A stretch of 64,000 bases of DNA, taken from positions 124,001 to 188,000 of the forward strand of contig LSRY02000043.1 of NCBI GenBank assembly GCA_001643675.2, in the 5' to 3' direction. The position numbers and the translations under genes are program-made. Under the pieces are notes generated by a model that worked only from the letters and a program-made list of their open reading frames with translations, ran no database searches and was not told where the DNA came from. Positions 48,038 to 59,798 of the stretch are shown here, piece after piece. This DNA comes from Monocercomonoides exilis PA203. Lineage: Eukaryota; Protista; Preaxostyla. Positions within the stretch are counted from its first letter, which is position 1, and every line of letters begins with the position of its first letter.

Positions 48038-48964
48038 TTTACACTATTGCACATTTTAACTGTTCTGCGCCTTTTTTATTGAGATTTTGAATTTTTCTAT
48101 TTTGCCATAGTTACTCATTTTCAAATTTAAAGTTAGAAACTTTTTTTTTTCATTTTTGAGGAAATGCGAAAGTTTCTGGTTTTTAATAATCGCCTGTTAT
48201 TGATGGTTTTTTCATCCATTCTATTTTTGAAAAAGAATTTTTTCTATTCAAATACACCAAAATTAATTCAAAATCAGAATTCTTGTTCTTGAAGCATTCA
48301 TTTTTCTATTCAAATCAAAAACTTTACTGATTTTCATAGGAAAATAAATTCTTCAAAGCAATTCAAAAATTGAATATTAATAAATAAACAAAAACAAAAT
48401 TTCCACCTTTTTCTCTTTTTGTTTTTTAATGTCAATTAAACTGTTTCAAGTGTCCAGAGTTTTGTTTCTAACAATACCAAAATCACTGTAATAAATTAAG
48501 TCAAGAACAAAATGTTAGAAAACTGAAAGAAAAACAAACGAAAAAAGATATATCATTGCAAAAATATATTGTAACAAGTATATTGTGAATTATGAGGATA
48601 ATGACGTATACACATTTTGATATGAAGCATTTCGAATATTTGAAGTGAAAGAACGAAAAAAATAGATTAGTATCTTTTAAGTGAAGCCAGAAATATTTTG
48701 AATGATGTAAATATCATAAATTTCTGATATAAACAATAAGTTTTTATATAAAACAATTAAAATATTGATAGGTGTGACTAAGAGTAACAACGTGATTGAT
48801 TCTCAATTATCACAAATACAGAATTCTTAATCTGTTTAAAATAATTATGAGAATATGAGAAAAAGAAGCAATTTTCATTTTTTGGAGAAAAAGAAATGGA
48901 AGAAAAAAAATGGCTACAGAAGATTCAGCAAGCATAGTCATTAATTACATTAGCAATCCTCAGC

Positions 48965-51900
48965 TCAAAAAATTGACTCACCAAAGCCGACTCTATCTCT
49001 TGAGAGTGCAAACGGTGAAGTCGGTGAAATCGGCATGGGTGTTGTGCGAGGAGGAGAATGAGGCGATTGAGGAAGCGAGAACGAAAGGGACAGCGACGAA
49101 GGCACAGTTGGGGGAACAGGCGGTGGTGTGCTTCTGCGGGCGTGGTGAGGCGATGCAGAGGGAAGTGGAGACTGAGTCAAAATATGCGGATGAGAGCTGA
49201 CGAGTGAGGGACGGCTTGAGAATGTGGCAGCATTCAGCGATTGAGAAAGGTTGTCATCTGTGTAGGAATCAAGTGGAGAAGCGCTGTTTGCAATCTGATT
49301 GCTTCCTTTTGTTGATGCTGGTAAATCAACATTGCCTGCTTCTGTAGCAGAGCGAAAAGAAGAATGAGAAGAAGGAGGGTGACTCAGCAGTACAGAAGAT
49401 GACTGAGAAGAATGAATGCTTGATGCCATCGAAGGCGATGATGTGGGCGACAGGCGCGGAGGAAGTGTTGATGTGAGAGAAATCTGTCTGGATGAGCTGG
49501 GAACAGAGGCAGTCGGCTGTTTGGATGAAGGCGCAGCGAAAGAAGATGGATGATGTGAAGGATTTGAATTAGACTCATTCGACACATTTTCTGAAGAATT
49601 GGAAGCAGAAGGGGAAGAAAAAGAAGGTGTAAGAGAAAATGACGAGGAAGTTGGGAGGCGTAGAGAAGAAGAAGAAGAAGAAGAAGAAGAAGAAGAAGGA
49701 TTGTCAGATAAATCACGCGAATTTGAAGTTGAGCGAGAAGTGGGTAATTGTGAAGGTGGGCTCATTGAAGAGACACGAGGCGAATTCGAAGTGAATACAG
49801 ACCTGTTTGGCTGTTGAGTCACTACTCCTCCTGAAGATGATGAAGAAGAAGAAGCAGAGAAAACAGAAGCAGCCGAAGAAGGTCGATGCTCAGCTGGAAT
49901 TTCATTGCCGTTCGCGTTTGTTTCAGTTGCAAAGCCTTCTTCTGTTCCAGCTGAGCCCAATGGAATGCCCTTCGATAAGGAACGGCTCAAAGAAGGCGAA
50001 GAGCGCGACACGCCAGTCATCATGGATTCCCTAATAACATCTTCTCTTGTGCGAGTTAAATGCTGGTTAGGTGATGAAACAAACACGATTCGGTTTGTTT
50101 GCGTCTGAGGATTGCGGGAGAAAGTATATGAAAATGGGAAAGCAGCAGAAGAAGAAGGAGAAGAAGAAGATGATGATGACGATGACGATGATGATTGCAT
50201 AAAGCCAGTTGGTTGCTTGACGTTGATGTTTGAAGTACTTTCTTGGAAAAGCGGGGAAACATCCGGAGTTGCTGAAGGAGGGGAGGAAACAAGGGCAGAG
50301 GGCGATGCAATGACGAAAGGAGAGGTACGCCCAAACAGAGGGGATTGTGTGACATGAGACTGGGGGCTCATCGGAATGGAAGTGGAAGATCCGGATGATG
50401 CATTAAAAGCAGCAGCAGTAGCAGAAGAAGAAGATGATGGTGAAAGATAAGGTGATATATTCTGACGGTTTGCTTGATTCATTGAACGTTGTGTCTGAGA
50501 AAGCTGGGCATACGTTTTGGGGCGGCGCACAGGCGCAACAGCCGCTTCGGGGATGATCAGAAGATTTTGTGCCATCATTTTTGAAGGAGAGGAAGAAATG
50601 GCAGTTTTCTTTGTGGAGGAAGATCGCATCGTTGCTGTGCTTCCGATGGTTGCTGCAAGAGGTGCTTCAGCAGGCTGCTGCTGAGAAGAATGTGAGGATC
50701 GCGTTCTTGTAAGAGAAGGGGAAGGCGATAAAGGCTTGAATCTTGAAGAAGGAGAACTGAGGGGATGAGATGAAGGAGAAGAGAAAGAAGACGGCTGGTG
50801 CTGTTGCTGAGATCTGTCAGAGACAGCAGAATTAATTCCAGAATCGCTGCTTGGACGTGTCTCTGGCTGGAGAGGAGTTGAAAGAGAGAAATGCGTTGGA
50901 TTGGCTTCGTTTCTTTTCAAATAAGTTGTTTGATGATTCATTTCTTCATCTTGTTGATTGGCATTTTTTTCATTCTGTTCAACTTGAGTTTCTAACTTCT
51001 CATTCCCCTCTTCTTTTTCAACTTTATTCATTTCCATTTCTGTCCCTTCTTGTTGTCTTGTTTCTGCAGCATTCAGATTCAATTCTTTCTGTTGATCGCT
51101 GCCATCACCCTCTATTCTGTAGTACTTTTCATCATTTTCAATATCTTTGCTTCTTTCTTCTTCTCCAAAATCGTCATTTTGATAATCTGTCATATGCATA
51201 CCGTTGTTGTTAAATAGCTGCTCATCTTCCTCCCCTTTTTCTTTTCTTTCATTTTCCTCTTCTTCAAGCTCTTTCTGGTACTCTTCTTCATTTCTTCTTT
51301 TTTCCTCCTCTTCTCTTTCTTGCTCAAGCTGCATTCGCATTTCCATTTCTTCTCTTTCTCTTTCTCTTTCTGCCTCTCTCTCTCTTTCTTCTGCCTCTTT
51401 CTCTTCTTCTCTCTGTCTCCTCCTCTCAAAAATCTTCATTCTTTTGCGTTGCATCTTTTTGCGATATTTCGTGTTGTCCTTCTGCAAATAGCCGCGTTCT
51501 TCGGCAAACACAACTTCTGACAATGGGCAGCAGTATGGATTGATTGCCTCTTCGTCTGTCAGCGAAGACGACGAAGAAGAAGATGATGAAATGGAAGAAG
51601 ATGACAAAGAGGACGAAGAAAGAGAATCTGAATCTGAATCAGCTGTGGCTGAATTATCAGGCAAAGGCGAAGGCGTGTCCAGCAAATCTGATGCTCTTGC
51701 TTCTTCCTCTTCTTCGCTTCCAGCTTCTTCAGAAGTTCGTTCGTGCATTTTCATTTTTTCCATCTTCCTTTCTTGTTTTTCGATCATCTTTGCTTCTCTT
51801 CTTTTCTCCCGTTCGGTTCTTCGCATTTCTTTTGCCTTCCTCCGCTTCCCTTTCTCTCTCCAATACCTCGCTTTCTCCTCTGCCTCTTTCAACCGTCTTT

Positions 51901-53107
51901 CGTAGGCTGCTTTCACAGCTAGCAGCTTCTCCTCTGCAGTCATAGCATCGATCCGCACTTTTTCTGCAGGTGTAGGAGCCTGTTTTGAATGTGCTGAAGC
52001 TGAATCTACCTGCTTGTGTGAATGAGAATGTGAGTGTGGAGAAGAATGAAGAGATGCTTGAGAATGAGAACGTGAATGACTGTGTGAATGAGAATGAGTA
52101 TGAGCATGTGAATGAGCATGTGAATGAGACGGAGTACGAGATGAATCTTGAGAAGAAGAAGATGGTGAATGAGGAGGCGAATGCGAGTGATGAGAGGAAT
52201 GACATGAAAGAGACGGAGATTTGAGTAATCTTTGAGAAGCAGAGGTTGGAGGCTGCGTGTTAAAATCTGAAAACGGAAAATTTGAAGGAGAACTTTGTTT
52301 TTGTGAATGAATAGACTCCTTTGATGACAAATGAGCTTTGCCATTCAGGGATGAATGAGACGACTTGTTATAATCCATATCGATGGAAGTTCTTTGTTTA
52401 GTTTCCAAAGTATTGCTTTCGCCATCTAACTGCGACGAACGATGTTCCGCTGAAACATTATCATGCTCACTTCTCTGAGATTTAGAGAGAGATGCATATG
52501 AACGATGATGTTCCAAGCTTCCTTCATGTACCATCTCTGAATCATGACTTTTATGAGATGATGGAAATGATAGTGTTGGGGAAGATAACAATTGGTTTCG
52601 TGAATCATTCTTAGCTTTGGCAATTGAAGATTTATGTGTCGAAGACAAATTTTCACTAAACGTTTTGGTTTGCTTGTCAGCTGATTTTGATTGTGATGTT
52701 GAAGATAAACTCTGACTCTTCATTGTTTGAGATAGCTTGGGATTTTTTGGCTTTGTCGGAGAAACAACACGCTTTGCTGGCAGATACATAAGTGGCTTTG
52801 CAAATGGTGAGCGAGGAAGTGAAACAAATACACCGCTTGTCTTTTTCACAAGTCTGGATGGAAGAGGCTTTGAAGACGCGAGTGCAGTTGAACCTTCAAT
52901 TACTAAAATATTTGGAAGTGGTTGGGGAATAAGCGTATGTAATGGAGAAGAGGGTTGTTCTTTTTCCTGTCTTCTTTTTGGAGAAGAAGAAGAAAATAAA
53001 TTATCGTGAGTATTTTCTGTGTAAGAAGAATATGATGCAGTACTCTTTTGGGAAGAAAGTGTCCTCCCAATTGTTCTTGGCATCACAGCTCGGAGAGGAC
53101 TCTGCAT
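48965..53107 (-). CDS. Low-complexity Ser/His/Glu-rich hypothetical protein with central coiled coil
   Basis: About 1380-aa ORF with His-Ser repeats and an E/K/R-rich coiled coil; no recognisable domain. Confidence 0.7.
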   Translation of the reverse strand: MQSPLRAVMPRTIGRTLSSQKSTASYSSYTENTHDNLFSSSSPKRRQEKEQPSSPLHTLIPQPLPNILVIEGSTALASSKPLPSRLVKKTSGVFVSLPRSPFAKPLMYLPAKRVVSPTKPKNPKLSQTMKSQSLSSTSQSKSADKQTKTFSENLSSTHKSSIAKAKNDSRNQLLSSPTLSFPSSHKSHDSEMVHEGSLEHHRSYASLSKSQRSEHDNVSAEHRSSQLDGESNTLETKQRTSIDMDYNKSSHSSLNGKAHLSSKESIHSQKQSSPSNFPFSDFNTQPPTSASQRLLKSPSLSCHSSHHSHSPPHSPSSSSQDSSRTPSHSHAHSHAHTHSHSHSHSRSHSQASLHSSPHSHSHSHKQVDSASAHSKQAPTPAEKVRIDAMTAEEKLLAVKAAYERRLKEAEEKARYWREKGKRRKAKEMRRTEREKRREAKMIEKQERKMEKMKMHERTSEEAGSEEEEEARASDLLDTPSPLPDNSATADSDSDSLSSSSLSSSSISSSSSSSSSLTDEEAINPYCCPLSEVVFAEERGYLQKDNTKYRKKMQRKRMKIFERRRQREEEKEAEEREREAEREREREEMEMRMQLEQEREEEEKRRNEEEYQKELEEEENERKEKGEEDEQLFNNNGMHMTDYQNDDFGEEERSKDIENDEKYYRIEGDGSDQQKELNLNAAETRQQEGTEMEMNKVEKEEGNEKLETQVEQNEKNANQQDEEMNHQTTYLKRNEANPTHFSLSTPLQPETRPSSDSGINSAVSDRSQQQHQPSSFSSPSSHPLSSPSSRFKPLSPSPSLTRTRSSHSSQQQPAEAPLAATIGSTATMRSSSTKKTAISSSPSKMMAQNLLIIPEAAVAPVRRPKTYAQLSQTQRSMNQANRQNISPYLSPSSSSSATAAAFNASSGSSTSIPMSPQSHVTQSPLFGRTSPFVIASPSALVSSPPSATPDVSPLFQESTSNINVKQPTGFMQSSSSSSSSSSSSPSSSAAFPFSYTFSRNPQTQTNRIVFVSSPNQHLTRTREDVIRESMMTGVSRSSPSLSRSLSKGIPLGSAGTEEGFATETNANGNEIPAEHRPSSAASVFSASSSSSSSGGVVTQQPNRSVFTSNSPRVSSMSPPSQLPTSRSTSNSRDLSDNPSSSSSSSSSSSLRLPTSSSFSLTPSFSSPSASNSSENVSNESNSNPSHHPSSFAAPSSKQPTASVPSSSRQISLTSTLPPRLSPTSSPSMASSIHSSQSSSVLLSHPPSSHSSFRSATEAGNVDLPASTKGSNQIANSASPLDSYTDDNLSQSLNAATFSSRPSLVSSHPHILTQSPLPSASPHHARRSTPPPVPPTVPSSLSLSFSLPQSPHSPPRTTPMPISPTSPFALSRDRVGFGESIF

Positions 53108-53229
53108 CACTTTTATAAATTGTATTCCTCAAAAATCAAATTTGAAAATGTGATCCAAAATGTATTACTTCTTTTATCTCTTTTGAAAGTTTTTATATTG
53201 GGAATTTTTTATTATTTCAATTTTGCGCA

Positions 53230-53910
53230 ATGTCCGAGACTCGGACAGTACATCCGAGCCCTTTGCCAAGGCTAAGTCCAGTGAAAACTACTTTATTGAT
53301 AGCAAGAGGATTAGAACATCTTCTGGAAGTTGAGCCTGATGCCCCGATATTCAACCGATTGAGCTCATATTCTGTTCTTCTGCACAATAAGGAGCTCGTT
53401 GCTCTTCATCTTCGAGGTGGAATAGATAAATTACGTTCTGAAGTTGATAGTTCAAGTGATTCTTCATCTGATGATTCCAGTGTTTGCACGATTATTGATG
53501 GAGGGGAAGAATCCATAAGATGGCGAGCCCCAGAAGTTCAAAGCGATACGCCTCCATCAATAGAAGCAGCAATTTTCAGTTTAGCTACAATTTTTTGGGA
53601 AATGTTGACAAACGAAATACCCTTTGGTGAAGTTGATGCAGCAACGGCAGGCGCGAGAATTCAGCAAGGAGAAAGACCATCTTTGGACAGATTCCCAGCT
53701 CATCCTTTAACAAATTTAATTCAACGTTGTTGGTCTCACGAACCATCAGAAAGACCTTCAGTTCAGGAGTTTATCTTTGAACTCGAACAATTTCGTCCTC
53801 CGACTCCAGATGTTGTTTCATCAGTTGAATCGGATGACTCCTCATCAACTTCAATAAGAGTTGATATTTCAACTGCGGAGGAAGATGAAGAGGAAGAAGA
53901 AGAAGAGTAA
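53230..53910 (+). CDS. Stand-alone kinase-like C-lobe protein homologous to the receptor-family pseudokinase tail
   Basis: 226 aa: IARGLEHL, RLSSYSVLL, RWRAPE, AIFSLATIFWEMLTNEIPFGE, CWSHEPSERPS. No TM segment, no N-lobe, no HRD or DFG. Confidence 0.8.
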   Translation: MSETRTVHPSPLPRLSPVKTTLLIARGLEHLLEVEPDAPIFNRLSSYSVLLHNKELVALHLRGGIDKLRSEVDSSSDSSSDDSSVCTIIDGGEESIRWRAPEVQSDTPPSIEAAIFSLATIFWEMLTNEIPFGEVDAATAGARIQQGERPSLDRFPAHPLTNLIQRCWSHEPSERPSVQEFIFELEQFRPPTPDVVSSVESDDSSSTSIRVDISTAEEDEEEEEEE

Positions 53911-54098
53911 TTATTTAAACATTATGTAATTATTTTCTTTGCTCGCTTTTTGATTTTATTTTTGTTTCATGAGCATATTAAATAAGGAAAAACACAAACA
54001 CTCGTAAAGGTGAAATGAATAAAGCAAACATCAATCGTAATTTGTGTGAAGCAAAAGCATTGAAAGAAAGATTGTTTTACAGATGAAATATCAAATAT

Positions 54099-55111
54099 TT
54101 ATGATCTGCCTTCTGGCTTTGTGAACTCAGCTTTTTCGACCTTGAACTTCCCATCTGAAGTAGTCTTGTACACATATACAGTGACTTTATATCCCTGGAT
54201 ATCCATAAGAACGAACGATGCCATCGTGTCTCTGCAAATTTTGATTGTTCAATAATGATAACCAAAAATTCACATTCATTAATAAAATACAATAAACAGG
54301 ATACCATACAACAAAAAATGCATCGATATTTTTTAAAAATAAAAATAAAAAATAAAGCTAAACCCATCTCCTATAACTGAATATGCTCCTGTGATTGATC
54401 CAGGATTAATGACAAATCTACTTTCCAGCTCATATGCCTGAAACTCTATAATGAAAGAAAATCAAACAATTATAAAGAATACAAAATAAATCAAAGTGCA
54501 TTATAATTTTGTTGAAAAAAACTAAAACAAACGATGTGTATGTCCAGTAACCAATATATCACAATCAAGACGACGTTGAGCAATTCCAATTGCATCTGGA
54601 TCACTATTTAAGTTTATTTGCATATAAGTACATGAAAGAAAAATGTGTTGAAAATTTTGAAATTCAAACCCCCATGGCACAATTTGATGCCCATGGATCA
54701 TTCCAATTTTGAATGATCCAATTGTTACAACTTTTTCTTCTGGATATCCCAAGCTTGTCTGTCAAAGATTAATAAAAAGAAAATGAAAGTAATTTTCAAT
54801 TTCATATAAAAAATGTCTAGCGGTCCAAACATCATCAAAGTCACCTCTTACAACATGAACATCATTAGAAAGAGTTTTCAAGTAATCAAATGTTTCCTTT
54901 GTGCATAAATTTCCTGTGCAAAGAACATGTTGAATTTTCCCAGGAACTAGAAGTGTTTTAAAACGAGCTGGAATATCAATTGCTCTGTGAGGAATATGAA
55001 AATCACCGCAGACAAGGACAAGCTAATTTTACCAAACAAAAATATATTAATTTTAAAATATATATGTACATAAAATATCTGGCAAACGAGCTTTGAACGA
55101 GGGTCAGACAT
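54099..55111 (-). CDS. VPS29: Retromer subunit VPS29 (multi-exon)
   Basis: [77 protein letters not shown] and SFVLMDIQG. Confidence 0.97.
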
Positions 55112-55187
55112 TCTTTTCTCAAACAAAAAGATCTAATATACCGCTATAAATGTCTTTTGATCAAAAAAGTTATAATTTGTGTTAAAA

Positions 55188-56342
55188 ATGAACCGTTTAA
55201 CACAAATAGAGGCAGCACGAGTTATTTCTGTCCTTCGAGACACACAGGATAAACTTCAAATATTATTAGATTTGCACTTAGATTTAATTACACCAGAAAT
55301 ACCGCCGGAATTTGTACCTGAAGATATTCTGGAAAAATTAAATCAACATAAAGAGTTGGAGACTAAATTTTCTGAATTAGTTGAAATTGGAAAAGAATTA
55401 AAGCAAACTAGTCATAGAGCAAAAATTAAAGAAAATCAAAATGAAACGAGAGAAATTGCAGATAAAATTAAAGAAAGTTCTATTCAATTAGAAAGACAAC
55501 TTAAGGAAAGTCCTGGAACAATGGATCAATTGCGCCTTTTAGGAAATAGAACAGATACTGCGAAAAGATTCCTTGGAATTTTTGATGAGCTTGTGAAGCT
55601 TTCTCAGGTTAGACTGCAGACAACTGTTGAAGAAGAGCTTGAAAAAATAAAACGAATGGAAGTTCTGGCGACTAAAGAATCCAAAATACTCACCGATAAA
55701 GCGTCTTTGAAAAAGGAATATGAGGCAGAAGATAAGACAAGATCAAAAGAAGTCCAGGCTCTTCGTGAAAATGAGCAAAGATTATTTGGTACGATTCAAA
55801 AAATAAAAGCAGATAACAAAGCTTTTCTTGCAAAATGCAATGCTGACTTGGTGACTATGACTGAAGAGCTTCAGAAGCAACATCAACGAAGGATGTTGGA
55901 TCTCAAATCGACTCATACACATTTAGAAGAAGAGCTTTCAGAACTTCAAGCAGAACACAGAACAAAGGAGCGAGAAGTTCGGAAGACGAAACAACAAACA
56001 TCTCAAGAGATCGAGAATAGAATTGCAGGATATGACAGCGGAATGCAAGAGAAACGGACAGCTCACATCAAAGCAGAGGAAAAACTTGTATCAGAAAAAG
56101 AAGAAATTGAGGAATTGGAAAAGAAGATAAGTGAACTTGACAGAAAAGCAAAACTAGATGAATTTGAAAGGAAGCTTGAAGAGAAGAGGGAAGAAACAAG
56201 AAAGGCTGAGGCAGCAAAAAGACATAGGCAGATTGCAATTATTCAGGCACTGTTTAGAAGAAGGCAGGCAATCAAAGTTGGAGAAGCTCTGAAGAAGGCA
56301 GCAGCTCGCAAAGGGAAAAAAGGGAAAAAGAAGAAGAAGTAA
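55188..56342 (+). CDS. DRC10: Dynein regulatory complex subunit 10 (IQCD-like) coiled-coil protein
   Basis: N-terminal RLTQIEAARVISVL, central RLQTTVEEE, C-terminal IQ motif IQALFR and a KKGKKGKKKK-type tail. Confidence 0.8.
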   Translation: MNRLTQIEAARVISVLRDTQDKLQILLDLHLDLITPEIPPEFVPEDILEKLNQHKELETKFSELVEIGKELKQTSHRAKIKENQNETREIADKIKESSIQLERQLKESPGTMDQLRLLGNRTDTAKRFLGIFDELVKLSQVRLQTTVEEELEKIKRMEVLATKESKILTDKASLKKEYEAEDKTRSKEVQALRENEQRLFGTIQKIKADNKAFLAKCNADLVTMTEELQKQHQRRMLDLKSTHTHLEEELSELQAEHRTKEREVRKTKQQTSQEIENRIAGYDSGMQEKRTAHIKAEEKLVSEKEEIEELEKKISELDRKAKLDEFERKLEEKREETRKAEAAKRHRQIAIIQALFRRRQAIKVGEALKKAAARKGKKGKKKKK

Positions 56343-56930
56343 AAATCATACTTCTCTTATATTCACTTCCACTTTAACTCTTTCTTGTCTTTACAGTTGA
56401 TGATTTTTTTTAAAAAAAAACTATCAGCTGTCTTCCTTTCAACTGAATATCACAATCACATTTGCAAGCTTGTCAATATCTTTCTCTTTCCTTCTTTTCA
56501 AATGTCATTTTTTTATCTCAGTATATTTTTTTTTTGAACTTGTGTTGTTCTAATTTGATTTTGATACTCACTTCCACTAACATTTCCTTTTTCATTTACG
56601 TTTTTTCCAACAATACGTTTTTTTTTGTGTATGTGTGTGTGAATTGTGATGAAGTCACAAAGTTTTCTCAGAAATTGATAATAAGTTTAAAAGTTTAGCT
56701 TTGCAAATGCTTTAATAAAAACTTCAAAAAAGAATATCTTTAATCTGTCTTATTTGGAATAATATTTGTATGAATCGAAGATGTGGATCAACAAAACGCA
56801 AAATCGATTCAATCAATCCTCATGTTTTCTTCTGCAAATGAATTTCAATATCTTTGGTCATCATTCCTTTGATACATACAGATATTAAATATTTGTATAA
56901 TTCATTTTCCCCACGATCGTTTGCCTCTCT

Positions 56931-58944
56931 TCACCTTCTGGTGAACTGAGAAGGAGACAGAGATCTGTGAGTTTGATAAGATGGGTATTGAACCTGCTGC
57001 TGCTGCAATTGCGCACCAACAACAGGATACTGTTGCGGCATCTGCATTCTCTGCTGCATCTGTAGCTGCTGCTGCTGTTGTTGTTGTTGTTGTTGAAGCA
57101 TCGGTTGATGCTGCTGGTAGATAAATGCCTGCTGGTTAGATGCATGCGACAGCTGCGAGTGGTACTGGCGTGAGCCAGAAGCAGCAGCAGAGACAGAAAG
57201 CGGTGGGGGCGGAGGTGGCATCTGCTGCTGGGTGGGAGACCCCGAAGCAGAAGAGACAGAAGAGGTAGCAGAGGCAACAGAGGATGATCCCAGCATAAAG
57301 GAAGAGGAAGGATACACAGCCTGCTGCTGAAGAGGGAGCGGAAGCTGAACACCAGCAGATGCTGTGGGAGAAGGGGAAGATTGGATGTATTGCGATTGTG
57401 CTTGGGGATTGTATTGATGATGCACAACGGATGGAGAAGTGGCTAGAGGCACCTGACGAGGAGGTGAAAGTAGGCGCCCACGAGACTGAACAAAAGAAGA
57501 ATTATGTAGAAAAAAGTTAATTGGTTGAAAAATGTTGGGAGAAAGTGGGAAATAGAAAAATAAAAAAATAAAATAAAAATTTTCGAATAATTACAAACAC
57601 ATCACAAACCTGTGAATCTACACCTCTTCTCCCCGCTCGTCTGTACGTATGAAGTGGGTCAGGCTCTGCAGCGGGAGAAGGTGAGTGTATTGGTGAAATG
57701 GAAGACGAGGAAAGCGAGCGAGGCACGGCAGGCGGGTGTGGCGATGAGCTGTACTGCTGCTGGAGCATCTGAGGCGCTTGCTGCATGCCTGGAAGTGCCA
57801 GCTGCTGGTGTGGCGACGTCTGCTTCTCCGTCCGCTGGGTCCGCGCTTGGTAGAGCGCCATGCGGGTGGAAGGCGCAGAAAGCGACGCCAGAAACGCTGA
57901 GTCCTGTTTTTGCATCTTCAGCATGGAGCGCGCATCGGGATCTCCCTGTGATAATTGTTCGGAAAGCATATAAGGAGCTCCTCTCTGTTTCTGCAACTGG
58001 ACTGCCCCCAGCTGATTCTGTGGTGATGCAGACGATGGACGGCGCTTGGGCTGCAAGGACACTGCGGAGGGAGATGAAGCTGGTGAGGCAGAGGGAGGCC
58101 GTGATAATGAAGATGGAGACGGTTGAGGCTGAGGGTGCTGTAACTGTTTGGTGCTCTCATGCGCTTGCTTCAAGTGGCGATGTTTTTTCATCTGATGATC
58201 CAGATACTCAAAATAAAATATGAAATATTGCACAGCTCTGTGAGAAGTGCTGAAAACTGGAGAGAGTCCAAATCGTGAAAAAACCTTACCATTCAGGTGA
58301 AGAAGTAAAGAAGGCGTGGAAATTAGAGGAAGTCGTTCTGGTGGATGAAGTGAATTGTATTGTAGAGGGAAATCTATCAAAGTTCGTATGAATAAATCAA
58401 GATGAATCCAAGCAGAATCAATTGGCAATTTAACTGCGTACTCAATCTCAACACAGCAACCGCATGGTGTGTTTGAAGGTTGTAAAGACATTGCAGAAAC
58501 ATGAATACGATAATCACCCAAAGCATATATTCCTCCTAAAAAGCATAGACCTTTTTCAGGCGATTTCATTCGACAAGTTGCCTTTAAAAATGTCGAGAAA
58601 TCACTATCGGTTTCTACAAAATGAAACAGCGTTGCATCTGCGGGAATTTTTAATGGAATTGATGGGAAATTATCAGCGTAAAATGAAGTTTGTGGAAATG
58701 ATGAAAAAGTTAAGAAAAGAGCCTCCTTCACTCCTGAAAGTCTGATCAAATCATTCCGATAAAGGCCTTCCTGAATGCAGCCCATCATTTTCAGCACAGA
58801 TCCAATTTGCTCAGATGTAACTGTTTGAAAAAATAGAATACTTAAAAATGAGAATTTGATTAATCTTGAAAAAACAAATTTTTTATTGATAAAAAAATCA
58901 TACCATGATGAATTAAACGAATTGTCACCTTTGTCTAACAGCAT
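56931..58944 (-). CDS. Mediator subunit 20-like protein with Gln/Ser/Pro-rich C-terminal extension (multi-exon)
   Basis: GGIYALGDYRIHV...GCCVEIEY resembles the Med20 GxxYxxGDFxVR...GxxVEVEY pattern; introns near 58830-58900 and 57490-57610. Confidence 0.55.
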
Positions 58945-59055
58945 AATATTAATTCGTTATTAGCAGTTGCGAAAAATACAAATCGCTAATGTGCTTTAAT
59001 GTTGTGAAATTACAAGATCTATATTTTTTGATCAAATTAACCATAGATATTCAAA

Positions 59056-59798
59056 ATGGAACCAACAAAAGGTGTGATAGGCTTATTTTGGAATATAGTA
59101 TTGTTAAATTATGTTTTTGACAAATTAACTCCTAAAAAAATATGAAATAATATGAAATTATTGCGGAATTTCGAATATTTTCTGATAAATGAACAATAAA
59201 ACATTATCATAAATAATATTTAATAGCTCAACCTTGGGATGGAAATTGGCTGATTATGATTGATCCTTATTTATGGGCAGCTCTTGGAGCATGCTTTGCA
59301 ATTGGATTTAGCGTTCTAGGTGCAGGATGGGGCATTTTTATGACAGGAGCAAGTTTGGTAGGAAATGCAGTTCGGCATCCACGTATCACTTCAAAAAATC
59401 TTATAAGGTTTTAAACATTTATTTTTGAATTTTCATTAATCACTTGGATTGAATTTTTTAAAAGTGTTTTGTTTTGTGAAGCATTGGCAATTTACGGAAT
59501 CATTTTAGCAATTATTGTTCAAAATAAATATGCTGTTTCCCCATATCCATTGCAAGCAGAAGATTATAAAGCAGCTTATGCACAGTTTTTTGCTGGTTTA
59601 ATTATTGGGTGTTCAAATGTTGGAGCAGGCTATTGTGTTGGAAAGTTAGGTGCAGCAATTGCAAATGCTGATGCAGCTGATGGTTCTTTATTCATGAAGT
59701 GCTTTGTAATGGAAATTTTCGGAGAAGCCATTGGATTGATGGGTGTTATAGTATCTGTGATCATGTCCAGTAGTTCATCGTTTAGAGGAGCAGCGTAG
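59056..59798 (+). CDS. VMA16: V-type ATPase proteolipid subunit c'' (3 exons)
   Basis: DPYLWAALG...[46 protein letters not shown]...ADAADGSLFMKCFVMEIFGEAIGL. Confidence 0.93.
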
